Assembly (NCBI RefSeq): GCF_006345805.1
Contig: NC_042998.1
Span: forward strand, 173,848,001-173,912,000
Reading direction: 5' to 3'
Source of the DNA: Octopus sinensis
Taxonomy: Eukaryota
Length of the DNA stretch: 64,000 bases
This document shows, piece by piece, positions 12,129-26,479 of this stretch (the first letter of the stretch is position 1; the number at the start of each line of letters is the position of its first letter). The notes under the pieces were generated by a model. That model ran no database searches. It worked only from the letters and a program-made list of their open reading frames with translations, and was not told the origin of the DNA. The position numbers and the translations under genes are program-made.

Positions 12129-14825
12129 TCTTACGAGTAAAATAGGCAAACAAGAGAAAAAATATATTAATACTTTAACCTGCCTTCACTATCTTTACTT
12201 ATTTCGAACATTTTATTATTTTTATTCATCCTCTCGTTCCAGCTCCGATTTTGTATTATTCCCCCACTTTTTCCCTTTCTCTCTTTCTTTCTCTCCTCCT
12301 CTCTCTTTCTCTCTCTCCCTGTATCTTTCTCACTCACCCACTCACTAGTTCACACGCTTTTATATTTTACACCCGCTACTACATAATTCTTCTATTGATT
12401 GTTTTATCTTTCAATCTTCCATAACGTCTTATATTCGTCTTTTCTGACAGTTCAATAACATACCTAACTTGTTCTATTTATTGCATCTACCTTTCTCGAA
12501 ACAAATCTTAAAACCTAACAATATGTTGAAAACAAAATCTAGCTGATTGAGAAAAAAGTTTCCAGTGAAAGGTTTTTTACAAATGTGCAAAGATATTACT
12601 TGTTACTCCCTTCATTTTTTCCTATCTAGCACGCAATTTCTTTCAATACTTTCTTAAAGAGGAAAATATTTTTCAGTCCGAAAATTTCAATTCACTTTGC
12701 TATCATCAGACTTTGGCTATTGTGTCCCTTTCTCGACAGCTGATTGGATAAAAGTTTACACCGTCTAAAGGCGTCATACTGATATTGTGAATGACAAACT
12801 TGAAATTTTAGTAAATGAAGTTTCCACACAATATTCAAATTACATTAAGGTTGGTAGCTTAGAGTAACAGTAAATAGGCCCTGTAGTTAGACAAAATAAT
12901 CAAGATTTAAAAAATTAATTCAAATCAGAAAAAGCAAAAAAACCAGTTTGGTTAACAAGTTACACTAAAGACCTTGTGAAATAGCCATGATAATCATAGC
13001 ACATGCAAAATTAATAATTCATTAGGATTATGGTTCTTATATTGAAACACGTACATAATCCTTTCTAATGGGTTATTTACATAAATTCTAAATGTTTTCA
13101 GTTCAACACAATCTAAGAACATTGAAAAGTTTTTCTAGTAATTTTACTTCACATATAAAAAACGTTTATACATTTAGTCAAAGGAAGATAGGTAGGGTCT
13201 GTAATATAGGAATCCCTTCCATTAAAATATCAGTTGGTCAAGGTGTGCAGGAATACCACAAGAGGGGAGTGAATTGCAGTTCAGGATTAGTGAAGATATT
13301 TTTGGCGATATATGAGAGGTGAGACACAAAGTGTTACAAGAGGGATACTGCCTTTCAATCCGCTTAACGCCTTGGAAACTAAATCGTAAGAAGATCAGAA
13401 ATCGCTAACCTTTACGAATGGTCTTCGTAAAGAGGAGATTTATCTGATTCTCATACTCTTACCATTATCAAACAAGAAATGCAACACGAAGTTCCAGCTG
13501 AATATTAAATCCAATAAATGTTTTCATATCACATAAAACATACATTAGCACCTTATAAGTTATTAATTGCTGGTTTTATAAACATTTCCTTATAGTTTGT
13601 CATGTTTTGTATAACTAATTGTGGTTTGCTTTATTTTTATTACCCTCTCAATTATTTTGCTGTTGTTTTCTACTGATTTAAACTGCTGACATTATGAGTG
13701 TGTCTAAGGGATTAATAAGAATTTCGGCTTGACTTTCTAAGAAAACTCTGGAATCGTGTTGGGTCTATGCACAGGTATGAACTCAGAACTGTGCTTATGA
13801 GTTAAATAAAGTAGTAAAGTGCAGAAACAATAAAGTATCAATCAAAATGTTACGGTGTACTACGTTTCTTTATTTTCTGAGCTCAAGCTTAGCCTTCCGA
13901 GATCGATAAATTATACATCACACAAGTACTGATAATCAATCAACTGTAAAATTCCACCAGATCTCTTTTAACCTTTGTTAGAAACCCATAATTGTGCAGT
14001 GCATTTGTTACTTGTATTCACTATCTGTACCTCCACATATTACCTACTTGAAGTCAGCTTTGTTAATCCAGTGAGTTTGTGGAGTCTTGGACATAATCAC
14101 GTTTGAGTATCAATGACAAATTCCTTTACTCGAACACGGTATCAGCTAGCTCTCTTGAATAATTCTTTGTTTGTTTATCAGGTTCGATGATATATTATAA
14201 ATCATATTTTCTGAAGCATGAAACAGTTCATCGAATATGACAAGGTATTTACTGATGCAGTAACGTAATTCGAAAATGTGATATTGCGTTTATGAGATGA
14301 AATAAAAGGGACTCTTTACAATAGTTTTTATCACCATGTCTCACGGGAACACAGCATTACATATAACCTCTGCGGACCTTATCAAAAAAAGATATGGATA
14401 TTCGTGCCATTAATACAAATATTAAACTATAGGAATTTAATGTTCGACAGTAATTCATGAATGAAATGTAATGGAATTTATCACGACCCAATATATAGAT
14501 TAAGCTTATGCTAATATGAATCTGAAATATACTTCCTATTGGGTTCTTCTTTTACACACACCTGTTTATTACCAGAAATGTGTAAATGTATAATATGAAA
14601 TATTAATCCTGTACGGATATAGAGTTAATGAGAACTGATGCTCGCTAGTCGATAATATATGTGATTCCTGAACGAAGTTATGCAGTTTTTATATCTGGGT
14701 TGAGTGATGTTGTTATTCGTATCCAAATACTTGGATGTATTCATAGGTAAAATCTTAACTATAACTGAAAATAGACATGATCGTAGGATACAGATTAACG
14801 CTAAAACTAGTAATTCTTCTTCTTC

Positions 14826-15108
14826 TGCGCCCTTTTCAAGCCTAGCCAGGCTCATGGGATCTGTTTCCGGTTTTCTATGGCGTATGTGTTCCCCCGAGCT
14901 GGACAGGATGCCAGTCCATCGCAGCGTTCCTCAAGAAACAGGAAGAAAGAATGAGAGAATTTTGGGGCGAAAGAGTACAACAGGGGTCGCCACCACTCCC
15001 TGCCGGAGCCTCTTGGAGCTTTAGGTGTTTTCGCTCAATAAACACGCACAAAGCCCGGTCTGGGAATCGAAACCGTGAGTCCGCTCCGCTAACCACTGGG
15101 CCATTGCG
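14826..15108 (-). mobile_element. tRNA-derived SINE with V-domain-like tail
   Basis: Head gcgcaatggcccagtggttagcggagcggactc...gtttcgattcccagacc; homologous to 5560-5856. Confidence 0.75.
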
Positions 15109-15369
15109 CTTCCACAAAACTAGTAATAGTATTGGATAATCTACGCGTATTTCGTTTGTTTAAGTAAGACTTGAGACTGTTCCATCAAGCTATATTGCTA
15201 AACGCACTATACTAAAGTGTATTCCAAATCTCAATAAATTCTAACCTAATATAAATCAGAAGCTTCATAGAGAAATACTTAACCCGAAAGTCTTAGCATT
15301 AACGAGAAACAAATAAATGGATTAAGCACAAATATTTTACATGTAACTTAAGGGTGAAATTACCTTCTC

Positions 15370-15560
15370 GAGTCATGCCAACTCATGAGGGTCAGTTCTC
15401 GGTTTCCATGGCGCAAGATTACTCATTTTAGCCAGCTGATAAACTGGAGCAACGTGAACTGCTTTGCTCGAACACAACGCGTCGCCCGGTACAGAAATCG
15501 AAACCACAATCTTACGATCATAAGTTCAACACCCTAACCTCCAAGCCACGCGCCTCCTCT
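15370..15560 (-). mobile_element. Degenerate tRNA-derived SINE
   Basis: ggaggcgcgtggcttggaggttagggtgttg...ggtttcgatttct head on the minus strand. Confidence 0.55.
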
Positions 15561-15951
15561 TACATGTTACTTACCTCGAAGAGGCTATATTGATATGTTG
15601 TAACCTGCGGTGAGTATAATAAGAGATGTTCCGGTCAGAAATGCAGCAGTCATCTGATACCAAACACTATCGTTTAAGATGAATGTCATTACTTTTTCTA
15701 AATATAAATCTCTTTGTGGATTAACAAAATAAATATATAACATTGAGTTTTCTAATATTTCTCATACATATGATGTTGGAACTGGAAATTAATTTGCAGT
15801 ATAACTGTCACTTGAGTACTGGGGAATTCAATACTCAACCGTTAAGGAACGTATAAATTAGTACAAATGAAGAATAGTTGTTTGTTAATTTCCTTTTTCC
15901 TAAACTCTTTTCTCAGTCGTCAACTACCACTACTTGCATGTGAATCACGTT

Positions 15952-17055
15952 AGTTAAATTAAGTTAAGTTAATTTTTTGGCTCAAAAAGCAAAAAGCAAG
16001 GCCATGTAGGGGGACATGGATTTATGTACAGTGAGGGTGTTCATGCAAAGAGTTCAGGCCATTTCTGGTCAAGAGAGACTTTGAACCGAGCGGTCGTCGG
16101 CATCTTCACTATCTCGTCCGGCAGCTTATTCCACGGATCCGCAACCCGGACGGAGATAGCCCCTCTCCTTCGATTGAGATGAAATCGTCGCAGATAGAGC
16201 TTTTCGGAGTGACCCCCGCAGCTGACGCTCTGGAGCAGGAGTGAAGAACAGCTCTTTCGAGAGGTTATACTTTCCGCTTATGATGTTGTGAGCAACAATG
16301 AGATCACCACGACGTCGTCGTTTTTCTCGAGAATAAAGGTCGAGCGTCTTCAGCCTTTCTTCATAAGACAAATGCTTGAGACCAAGAACCATGCTGGTAG
16401 CCAGCTTCTGGACTCTTTCGAGATGATGTTTGTCTTTGAGGAGATAAGGAGAAGAGGCTTGAATCCCGTACTCCAATATGGGTCTCACCAGCGTGACAAA
16501 GAGCGGTAGGAATATAGCTGCTGTGAGCATTCCGAATGACCGTCGAATCAAAAACAGAACGTGCTTTGTTGGCAGCATGGACGCACTGGGCCGAAGGCGA
16601 AAAGGAAGAATCCACCAAGATACCCAGGTCCTTTACCTGGTCGGTCCTCTCCAGCAGCAGACGACCCGGTTCGAAATCAAGTTGAGTTGCAGGAGAAGAG
16701 CCAACAGGCAGATGACAGCACTTTGACACGTTCAGACACAGGTCCCATTCATTAGACCATCTCCAAACTTGGTGGAAGCATCGACGAAGATCATCTATAT
16801 CACCGCGAGGAGCGACCAGTTTGACATCATCGGCAAATAGAAGTGTGTGTTGCGTGAGGTCGTCGGGCAAGTCATTTATGAAGACTAAAAACAATAAGGG
16901 CCCAAGCACTGAACCTTGAGGCACGCCACTGCTCGCACTGGAGACGTCGGACAGCGAACCATTAACTTGGACTTGGAAGGAGCGATCTGAGAGAAAGGCA
17001 CCAACCCATCGTACAATATCCGGATGGAAACTATATGCTTGAAGCTTGACAGGTA
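15952..17055 (-). mobile_element. 5'-truncated CR1/L2-group LINE (RT C-terminus and 3' UTR)
   Basis: PQGSVLGPLLFLVFINDL, FADDVKL, LERVQKLAT, YEERLKTLDLYS..RRRRGDLI; short (TTAAC)-like repeat tail. Confidence 0.88.
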
Positions 17056-17719
17056 ATAGGCGTATTCGTAATTAACCAGTAAAACAACAAGGTCTAGGAG
17101 ACAATATTCAATTCAGAATGTTTAATCTTCAAATCATAGTCTCATCATTGTCATCTGCACGGATTGAGGAATCGGCAACGCCGGCTGGCAGCAATAGATT
17201 CCCACAAAATAAGATAATTATACACTACCCTTTGTAGTTTTCTTTCCTTTCTTTTCGTCTTTGTCTCCCATCATTATTATCATCATCACTAATCTTAGCC
17301 GAGTCGTCGAAAGTGCAGACAGTGGTATCAATGATAGAGAATCGCGCATCAAAACAATTGGAGAAACTATTGATAAATGCCAGCAATCGAGTAAATATAG
17401 GTACACAGAATTGAAGTAATTTAACAACCAGATACTCGGAAGATCGGAAACAAAGGATAGTGCTTGCATGAGAGTGACACTCACTCATTTCCCGATGTCA
17501 AAGCAATGAGACAGTAAAACAAAGAGACACTGATACACACTAACACATATACACTACCAGTTGTTCGTCGTTGTTATATTCGGGAGATCACATTCGGGAG
17601 GTAGGTTTCTTTATTTGCAATGATTTGTGAATATACAATTACATTCTAGGCGGAGAATACATATTAATGTAAACTAGGAAAATTCCAATATTTGCATATT
17701 ATTACTTCTGACTAATTTG

Positions 17720-17734
17720 TATTATTACTATTAC

Positions 17735-17800
<66 letters not shown>

Positions 17801-17814
17801 CATTATTATTATTA

Positions 17815-17871
<57 letters not shown>

Positions 17872-17893
17872 GATTATTACTATTATTATTATT
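17720..17893. repeat. (TAT)n trinucleotide array
   Basis: About 170 bp near-perfect array. Confidence 0.95.
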
Positions 17894-18120
17894 GACTTAG
17901 CACATCTTCTAACGTTGGAGATCCACTACGGTGTCAGTTGTCACTACCAATGAACTAAGGTAACACCCGTTATTTTTTGAGCACCTTCCGGAGTATTCGA
18001 GCGGCTCCAAGCAGTGCTGTTTTCTGCAATTATCAGCTAACATCTAGCTTTAAGTTTTTCTTTACCAAACCTCATGATATTGCTTCTAATAAATCTTGAT
18101 TTTTATGACTATACCAACTA
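17894..18120 (-). mobile_element. R4/Dong-like LINE 3' end
   Basis: Minus-strand QKTALLGAARILRKVLKK* followed by a short UTR that runs into (AAT)n. Confidence 0.65.
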
Positions 18121-18584
18121 TGATGTCTGTCTGCTCCCTCAACCCTAGCCCTAACAGATACTGCCCTCTGTTCTCTCAGCCTTAGATATACAAGGGATTT
18201 GATAAAGTAGTCTATAAATTAAAATTGACCCCATAAAAACAAAAGATCAGTGACAGGCAGAGTCTGTTACAATGCATATCTTGAAAATTCAGTAACTTCT
18301 AAACTGGAGTGAGGCAGCATGCTCTTTGATATCTCCTTAACTTCATGGAGATTTTAGGTATAATTATACTAATGTGTCCATCTGCTCTAATTTAATTAAA
18401 TACTATGTCTTTGTGCAGCTGAAGATTGCTCTGCATTTTAAATTGATGTAATGATTGCATTGTTTGCATTGTTCAATTAAATGGAGTTGCATGAAACAAT
18501 CGTACTGCATTAGCTCTGGATATCCTTGTTGCTTATTTTGATTTTATATATGTATATATATAGGTGTGTAGGTATGTATGTCTG

Positions 18585-18654
<70 letters not shown>

Positions 18655-19171
18655 GCACGCATATGAATATATATATGAAGACATATATATTCGGCTACGC
18701 ACGAACACCCACGAGAATTAGCCAAATCTATCCATTTCTTAACGGGAAATACAAAAGTTGCAATATCAAAGCTAGAGCTCGTGAACTAAATTCGACCGGA
18801 CAAGTCACTCAGTCGATCTGTCCACGTTAGCTATCGTGTTAATAACGTCATTTGACAAGTGAAAACTTGGTGAGCCAAAAATTGCAAGTTAAAGTATTTT
18901 GTATTAGAGTGGTAACTCCAATTTACTATTTTTACGCATGATAATCAGTCTTGCACGAGAATATTTATCAGGACTGTCTATAAAATTCGAAGTAAATGTG
19001 ATTTCTTGCTTTAATCACAAAAAATTTATTCTCCAAAGTTGGATAATTACGAAAAAAATAATAATTGCAGAACGTAAGCAATATTTCACTTATTTTCCTT
19101 ACGAAAACTCGAAGAGTTTCTGTCTGCATATCATTAGTTCTGACGAATTTGTATTATTATTAAAGAGAGAA

Positions 19172-19550
19172 GCACTCCGTCGCTTACGACGATGAGGGTT
19201 CCGGTTGATCCAAATCAACGGAACAGCCTGCTCGTGAAATTAACGTGTAAGTGGCTGAGCACTCCACAGACACGTGCACCCATAACGTAGTTCTCGGGGA
19301 TATTCAACGTGACACAGAGAGTGACAAGGCTGGCCCCTTGAAATACAGGTACAACAGAAACAAGAAGTAAGAGTGAGAGAAAGTTGTGGTGAAAGAGTAC
19401 AGCAGGGATCACCACCATCCCCTGCCGGAGCCTCGTGGAGCTTTTAGATGTTTTCCCTCAATAAACACTCACAAAGCCCGGTCTGGGAATCGAAACCGCG
19501 ATCCTGTGACCGCGAGTCCGCTGCCCTAACCACTGGGCCATTGCGCCTCC
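19172..19550 (-). mobile_element. Near-complete tRNA-derived SINE
   Basis: Head ggcgcaatggcccagtggttagggcagcggactcgcgg...gtttcgattcc; conserved 3' domain gtgtctgtggagtgctcagccac. Confidence 0.8.
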
Positions 19551-19674
19551 ACTGTATTATTATTATTAGCATCATAGCAAATGCGGTGAGCTAGCAGAAT
19601 TGTTAGGGGTAAAAGAAATGTGTTATAAGGCCAACAGCTGTTTCTGGGAACTAGGCGATCCATAACAATTTTGT

Positions 19675-19950
19675 GAAAGGGCATGGCTTAGTGGTTAAGA
19701 TCGTAACTTCGATTCCCAGAACGGGTGTTCCGTTGTGTTCTTAAGCAAAGCACTTCATTTCACGTTGCTCTGCGATCATTTCATCATCTGACATGTAGCA
19801 CACATGCACCTGTACAGGTAATGTCGATTTAATGCAGAGAGTGAGCTTATGTGTACACAAATATTTGATCACAATAATCAAATCATTTGTTTATTTGTCC
19901 GGCAAGAAATCACCGTACTGTCATACGTCGTGTAACGACGGAAGAGAACA
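19675..19950 (+). mobile_element. Degenerate tRNA-derived SINE
   Basis: ggcatggcttagtggttaag...ttcgattccc head; aagcacttcatttcacgttgct central motif shared with 6003-6298. Confidence 0.55.
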
Positions 19951-20829
19951 TGATATACATATATATCTTTTATCTTTTACCGGTTTCAGTTACTAGACTG
20001 CGCCCATGATGGGGCACCACCTTGATTTTTTAATCGAATAAATCGACCGTAGTACACTTTTTAAAACACTAGTACGCATTCAACTGGTCTCTTATTAAAC
20101 CACTAAGTTACGGGACGTAAACACACCAACATCGGTTGTCAAATGGTAATGGGGGAAACAAACACAGAAACACACAGACATAGATATATAAACATATACA
20201 TATATACGACAGGCTTTTTTCAGTTTCCATCTACCAAATCCACTCATAAGGCTTTGGTCGACCCGTGGCTACAGTAGAAGACACTTGTCCAAGGTGCCAC
20301 GCAGTGAGACTGGGCCCGGAACCATGCTGTTCGGAAGCAACGCAAACACCCACACACACACACACGTCTGTGTGTGTGTGTGTGTGTCTGTGTTTGTGTG
20401 TGTGTATGTGTGTGTGTGCGCGCGCGTGTGTGTGTGTAGTTAAATGTAAATATTTTATATGGACAGAGCAACTGACATTGATGCAAGAAGACTCAATACA
20501 CGTAAATAGTCAATATATTTTTTGGACACTGGCCTCACAGTTTAGCTGGCTTGAGGCTTGTAATGTTTGTCTGTTAGGATAAGCAGAAACCAGTCGAAAC
20601 TGAGAGTTTACTATCAATAAGATTATTGTACATAGATCCATATACTTATACATACATTTATGTATGCATACAGACATATAGTCACACACATACACATGCA
20701 CACACACACATACATATATACATACATGCATACATACATACATACATACATACATACGTACATATATATGTCTATGTGTGTGTATGTATGTATGTATGTA
20801 TGTATATTCATAGCTTTGTGCGTCAGGCT

Positions 20830-21030
20830 ATATTCACTATTCCACAACACTCCACCTGCATCAAAGGAAGAGGACTGCTTCACCGACCTGGGCCGCCGAC
20901 CATCCCACTGGAAGCATCGTGGAGCTTTAGGTGATTTCGCTCAATAAACACTCACAACGTCCGGTCTGGGAATCGAAGCTGCGATCCTACAACCGCGAGT
21001 TTGTTCCCTAACCACTGGGCCATTGCGCCA
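20830..21030 (-). mobile_element. tRNA-derived SINE, same head with a third tail type
   Basis: Head and central region match 19420-19550; the tail does not. Confidence 0.65.
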
Positions 21031-21094
21031 CCAAGCATATGCATGTAGGGTGCAATAGGTAATTGATGCCATTACATATATATATATATGTATA

Positions 21095-21132
<38 letters not shown>

Positions 21133-21227
21133 ATATATATGTATATATATATATGTGTATATATATATATATGTGTATATATATGTGTATATATATGTGA
21201 ATATATATATGTGTGTATATATATATG

Positions 21228-21310
<83 letters not shown>

Positions 21311-21313
<3 letters not shown>

Positions 21314-21620
21314 AGGTCCCGGGTTGATTCGGGGTTAACCACAGTAAATAAGGTACTCAATACATAGCAGAGTAAAATTAATTTATTATATAGAAGGAGC
21401 TTCTACAGGACTAGAACTGTTTCATTCAAGAGAAATCATCAGGAAGCTAGTTAACAAGAATTGTTTTGGCATTTATACATTTAGGCAGGTTTAAAGGGGT
21501 GGTGGTGGGGGTCTTTTTGGGGGTAGGCATAGCGCAAAAATAACATACTTAGGGGAGTGGTCAAGGAGTCAGTGGTAAATTAGATAAAAGAATAAATAAA
21601 AGAATAAAAAAATAAGGAGA
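21311..21620 (-). mobile_element. Penelope-like terminal repeat, family B
   Basis: Reverse complement of 1803-2075 and near-identical to 50303-50515; contains an HHR; abuts (AT)n. Confidence 0.7.
21398..21448 (-). ncRNA. Hammerhead ribozyme motif, family B, intact core
   Basis: Minus strand: agcttc CTGATGA tttc-tctt-gaat GAAA cag-ttctagtc-ctg TA gaagct; GUA cleavage triplet. Confidence 0.85.
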
Positions 21621-21717
21621 TTCTCACTTATACATATACACATATGTATATATATACACATATGTATATATATACACACACACACACACATATACATACA
21701 CACATATATATACATAC

Positions 21718-21750
<33 letters not shown>

Positions 21751-22474
21751 CATATATACATGCATATATACACACACGCCCACACATACATATACACACA
21801 AATATATACATACACACACATACACATACACACATACACACACACATATACATACACACATGCACACACATGTCCATATATACATATATATATACATATG
21901 TGTACCTATACATACCTACACATACACACATATACATACACATACAAACCCATTCCCTTATTTTAATTTTATTATTATTTTCATTTATTACTTTTGTTAT
22001 CTTTGACCGCGGTCACAAGCATCTTGGCTATCGTCCCCCTGGGGACGACAGCAAGTCCATTTATCTTTCTACTCGAACACAAGCACTCACTCACGCACGC
22101 ACACTCATTCGCACGCACACACACTCATTCGTAAACTCTTACACATACACGCACGCACGCGTTATATTCATACATACATACATCTACATACATTCACATA
22201 TATACACATACGTACGCGTACCTACAGATTCATGTCTACACGCTTACACATACATACCTCAATACACCCACAGAAGACTAGTCCATACATATACACTAAT
22301 AAATATATATACACATATACATATACACCTACATACATATACATACACATATATATATATATATACGTATATATACATACATATACATACACCTATACAT
22401 ACATACATATATACACATGCACACACCCACACATATACATATATATACACACATACATACACATACACATACAT

Positions 22475-22540
<66 letters not shown>

Positions 22541-22558
22541 TATACATATTACACATAT

Positions 22559-22599
<41 letters not shown>

Positions 22600-23262
22600 C
22601 ACACACATACACATATACATGCGTACACATACACACACACACGCGCGCGCATCCATATATACACATAAGTACACACATGCGTAAAAGTATACATATATCT
22701 ATACATATGCTTACACATACACACACACACACGCGCCTCCTTATGTTCATATACTTACATGCATACTCAAAAAATAAGTAATAAATTATATATACGAGCA
22801 GTTATTCATATACATACATGCATACTCAAAAAATAAATAATAAATATTAAGTATATATACGTGCAGTTACCTATTATACAGACGGATACATACACATAAA
22901 CTTACACATATATACCTATTTACACATATGTATATATACATACATACATACATAACTCTACGTACCTACATATAAATAAACACACGAGCGTACACGTATA
23001 TGTACATATACACATACACATACATATACATATACATATATATATATACATATATATATATACATATATATATATACACACATACACATACACACATATA
23101 TATATGCATACATACACACACATACACACACACATATATGTATACATACACACACATACACATACATATATATATATACATATATACATATATATACACA
23201 TGTGTGTATACATACATACATACTCATACACACACACTTACACATACATATATACACACACT

Positions 23263-23300
<38 letters not shown>

Positions 23301-23713
23301 TATACACACACATTCACATATATATATACATATACATATATATATATACGCACACATACACATACACACATATATATATACATACATATACACACATACA
23401 CACACACACATATATATACACACATACACATACATATACATATATATATACATATATATACACATACACTTGTGTGTATATGATTGATTGATTGATTCTA
23501 GTTTCAGCTTATGAGCTGTGGCCATGCTGGGGCACCGCCATTTGGTGTTGCTACTTGGTTTCACTTCATGGAGGCTTTCTAGCAACTGCTATTTGGTGCA
23601 TGAGAGAGTTCGATGCAGCTGCCCTCATCTGCCCCTCCTGCCGTGAAGTTGGTTCATCTGGGACACCTGACAGGAAGAGATCCAGCTTCATTTTAAAGAC
23701 ATCTGTATCCACC

Positions 23714-26470
23714 TCATGCAGGTCTCTCAGGTTCTTTGGAGGATATTGAAGAGCTGTGGGCCTCGGAAGCCCAGGCTATCACAGAATCTTGTCCTACATC
23801 TTGATGGCAGGTTTGGAGTCCTAGGCACCACGCAGTGACGCCCAGTTCTGGCATTTGCGTAACTCTCGATGCAAAGTTCAGGACACTTCCCTCCAGGATC
23901 TTCCAGATGTATATTATGGCATATCTTTCCCGCCTACGCTCCAGAGAATATAATTTTAATCTCTTGAGTCTTTCCCAGTAGCTTACATTCTGCATAGAGG
24001 CTATCTTCTTTGTGTAGCTTCGTTGGATCGCCTCAAGTTCTGTGATCAACTTGACACTGGATGGTGACCATAGCTGAGAGCAATAGTCAAAGTGGCTTAG
24101 GACAAGTGTCTTCCAGAGGACCATCATGGTTTTTTGTTCTCTTTGTTCTCTTGTTCTGACATTTCATTGTCAGTTTAGCAACATGTACATGAAAGGTCGC
24201 GTCATCACTCATGTGAATACCCAGGTCACGCACTGATTGTGCCTCTGGGATTGCAATCCCTCCGGGTCCAGTGTATTCATTGGGTATTGCATTCAGTTTT
24301 GCATGCTGATAGTATAAAGCTTGAAACTTTCCAGCATTGAACTGCATGCTATTCTTTTCAGCCCACTTGTATATTTCGTCCAGCTCACATTGCAGGTGTT
24401 TAGTGTCCTCAGGTTTCTGTATTGCCTGTGAAACTTGTATCATCTGCATAACTTGTGATCGTGGCTCTCTGCGTGGCTGAGGGCATGTCTGAAGGGCCAT
24501 TATGAACAGTAGTGGTCCCAGAACAGTGCCCTGCAGAACACCGCTCACTATTTGTGTGTTAATGGAGGTGGCCCCATTGGCTACTACCACCTGACTTCTA
24601 TCTTTCAGAAAGTCATGGAGCCATTCTCCCAGTTTTCCAACTATGTTGAGATCACGCAGTTTGTGACATATCATTCCATGATCGACTTTATCAAAGGCCT
24701 TTGCAAAGTCGAGATATATCACTTCCACATTTGAGTGGTTGAGCAGCCGTTTCAGCACCCAGTCATAGTGTTGTAGGAGCTGAGTTAAACAGCTTCTCCC
24801 TGGTCGGAAACCATGTTGGGTGTCGGGCATCAAGTCATTCTCTTCAAAGAAGGTGATCAGCTTCCTTCTGACTATTCGTTCCATGACCTTGCTGATGTGT
24901 GAGGTCAGAGAGATAGGTCTGTAGTTCTTGGCTTTCGCTCTGCTACCTCCTTTATGAATGGAGCATATTTTACCTTCCTTCAGTTTTCTTGGAAGTTTGC
25001 CAGCTGCAAGGAAGCTCTGAAAGAGGAACTGCAGTGGTCTTGCTAGGACTCTCTTACATGCTTTTAGGAGGATTGCCGGGAATCCATCGGGGCCAGTAGC
25101 TGAGTCTGTTTTCATTTCATCTATAGCCTTGGTTACATCGTCTTCCTTTATATCGATGTAATCTATCGTCGCCGCCTCTGATTTTATCTGCAGTGGTAAA
25201 AAAGTCAGTTGGATTGGTGATTTGGAGATGCCCAAGGGGTGGAGTGAAAACACTCTTGAATTGCTCATTCAGTATTTCACTTACCCCATTGGTTTTCCTG
25301 TAAGTGTGCCATCCTTTTCGAGGAGTGGCCCTATTCTACAGTGCACTGTAGCTGTTTCTTTGCATACCTGTAGAAAGCTCTGGGGTTAGATTTTATGTTT
25401 TCTATAGCCCAGGCTTCTTTGTCTGCTCTTTCTTTTTCATGGGAGAGTTGCAGACATTTTTCGATTTCCAACAGTTTTATTTTTAGGCGGGACTTTTCAC
25501 TACTTTCAATCTGTTTGTTTAGGCGATTTGAAAATTTCGTACGCCGTCTCATTAAAATTTTCCTCTCTCTGGGGATTTTGTTCTTGTGTACAGTGGCCTT
25601 TCTCTCTGGGACACATTTGTAGCATATGGCTTGCATTACAGACATGAATTGTTGAAGTTTCACGTCGATGTCTGGCGAGGAGAGACATTTAGGCCAGTTT
25701 TGTTTGAGGATCTCTTTCTCAATTTGTTTCCAGTTTGCCTTATGGTAGTTCAAGCTGGAAAGATTTTGAGGGTTTCTTGTAGGCTGCATGTCCGTGCTCT
25801 CTTTTGGTGGCCGTACATGGTCAGCTCTATCATGTTGTGATCCGAGAGTAGTGTCGGTGTCACTTTCACATTATGGATGAGATCCATGTCATTTGTGAAG
25901 CAGAGATCCAGTGTGTTCCTGCCCTGGTTGGTTGGAGTATTACCTGCTCCATGTACAGGGTGTTGATGAGGTTCAGGAGGGACCTCGCCTGTCCTCGTTC
26001 ACATCTTGTCATTCCTGGGAGAGAAAGGCCCTCGGGCCATCTGACATTGGGCAGATTGAAGTCTCCCATAAGAAGCACACCTATGTGTTGTTCTAATGTG
26101 GTTAGAATTTCTTCTATTTTATAAGGCAGTCTTCAAACTTGCCCACATGGCTTGGGGCATCTGGAGGGCGATATGTAGCACACACAACTACATCAAGTTG
26201 CCTAATATGTACAATTAGTGTGTCACACACCGAGTTTGAGTATGACAAGAGGACCTGGGGTGTGAGGTCCTCACGGATGTACATAGCAACCTCCATGACT
26301 CCTTTCTTTCCTGTCGGTCCGTAGTACAGCATACTGTGGTATGTGTAACTCCGCATCTGCTATGTCCGGTTTCAGGTGCGTTTCTGTAAGTGCTATGCAT
26401 AAGGCTTGATTGCATGCAACAAAGTCTCTCAGGAACGGGATCTTTGTCCTGTTACTGAGTGTTTGCAGTC
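23714..26470 (-). pseudogene. LINE ORF2 (APE endonuclease plus reverse transcriptase), frameshifted
   Basis: Spread over ORF-track segments 26271-26636, 26114-26356, 25866-26078, 25331-25789, 24087-25268 and 23714-24127. Confidence 0.9.
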
Positions 26471-26479
26471 CTCTGATGT

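Noticed and set aside
12739-14244. Exon-like segments 12739-12849 and 14182-14244 with good splice signals
   Set aside because: In-frame stops in all usable frames and no recognisable product.
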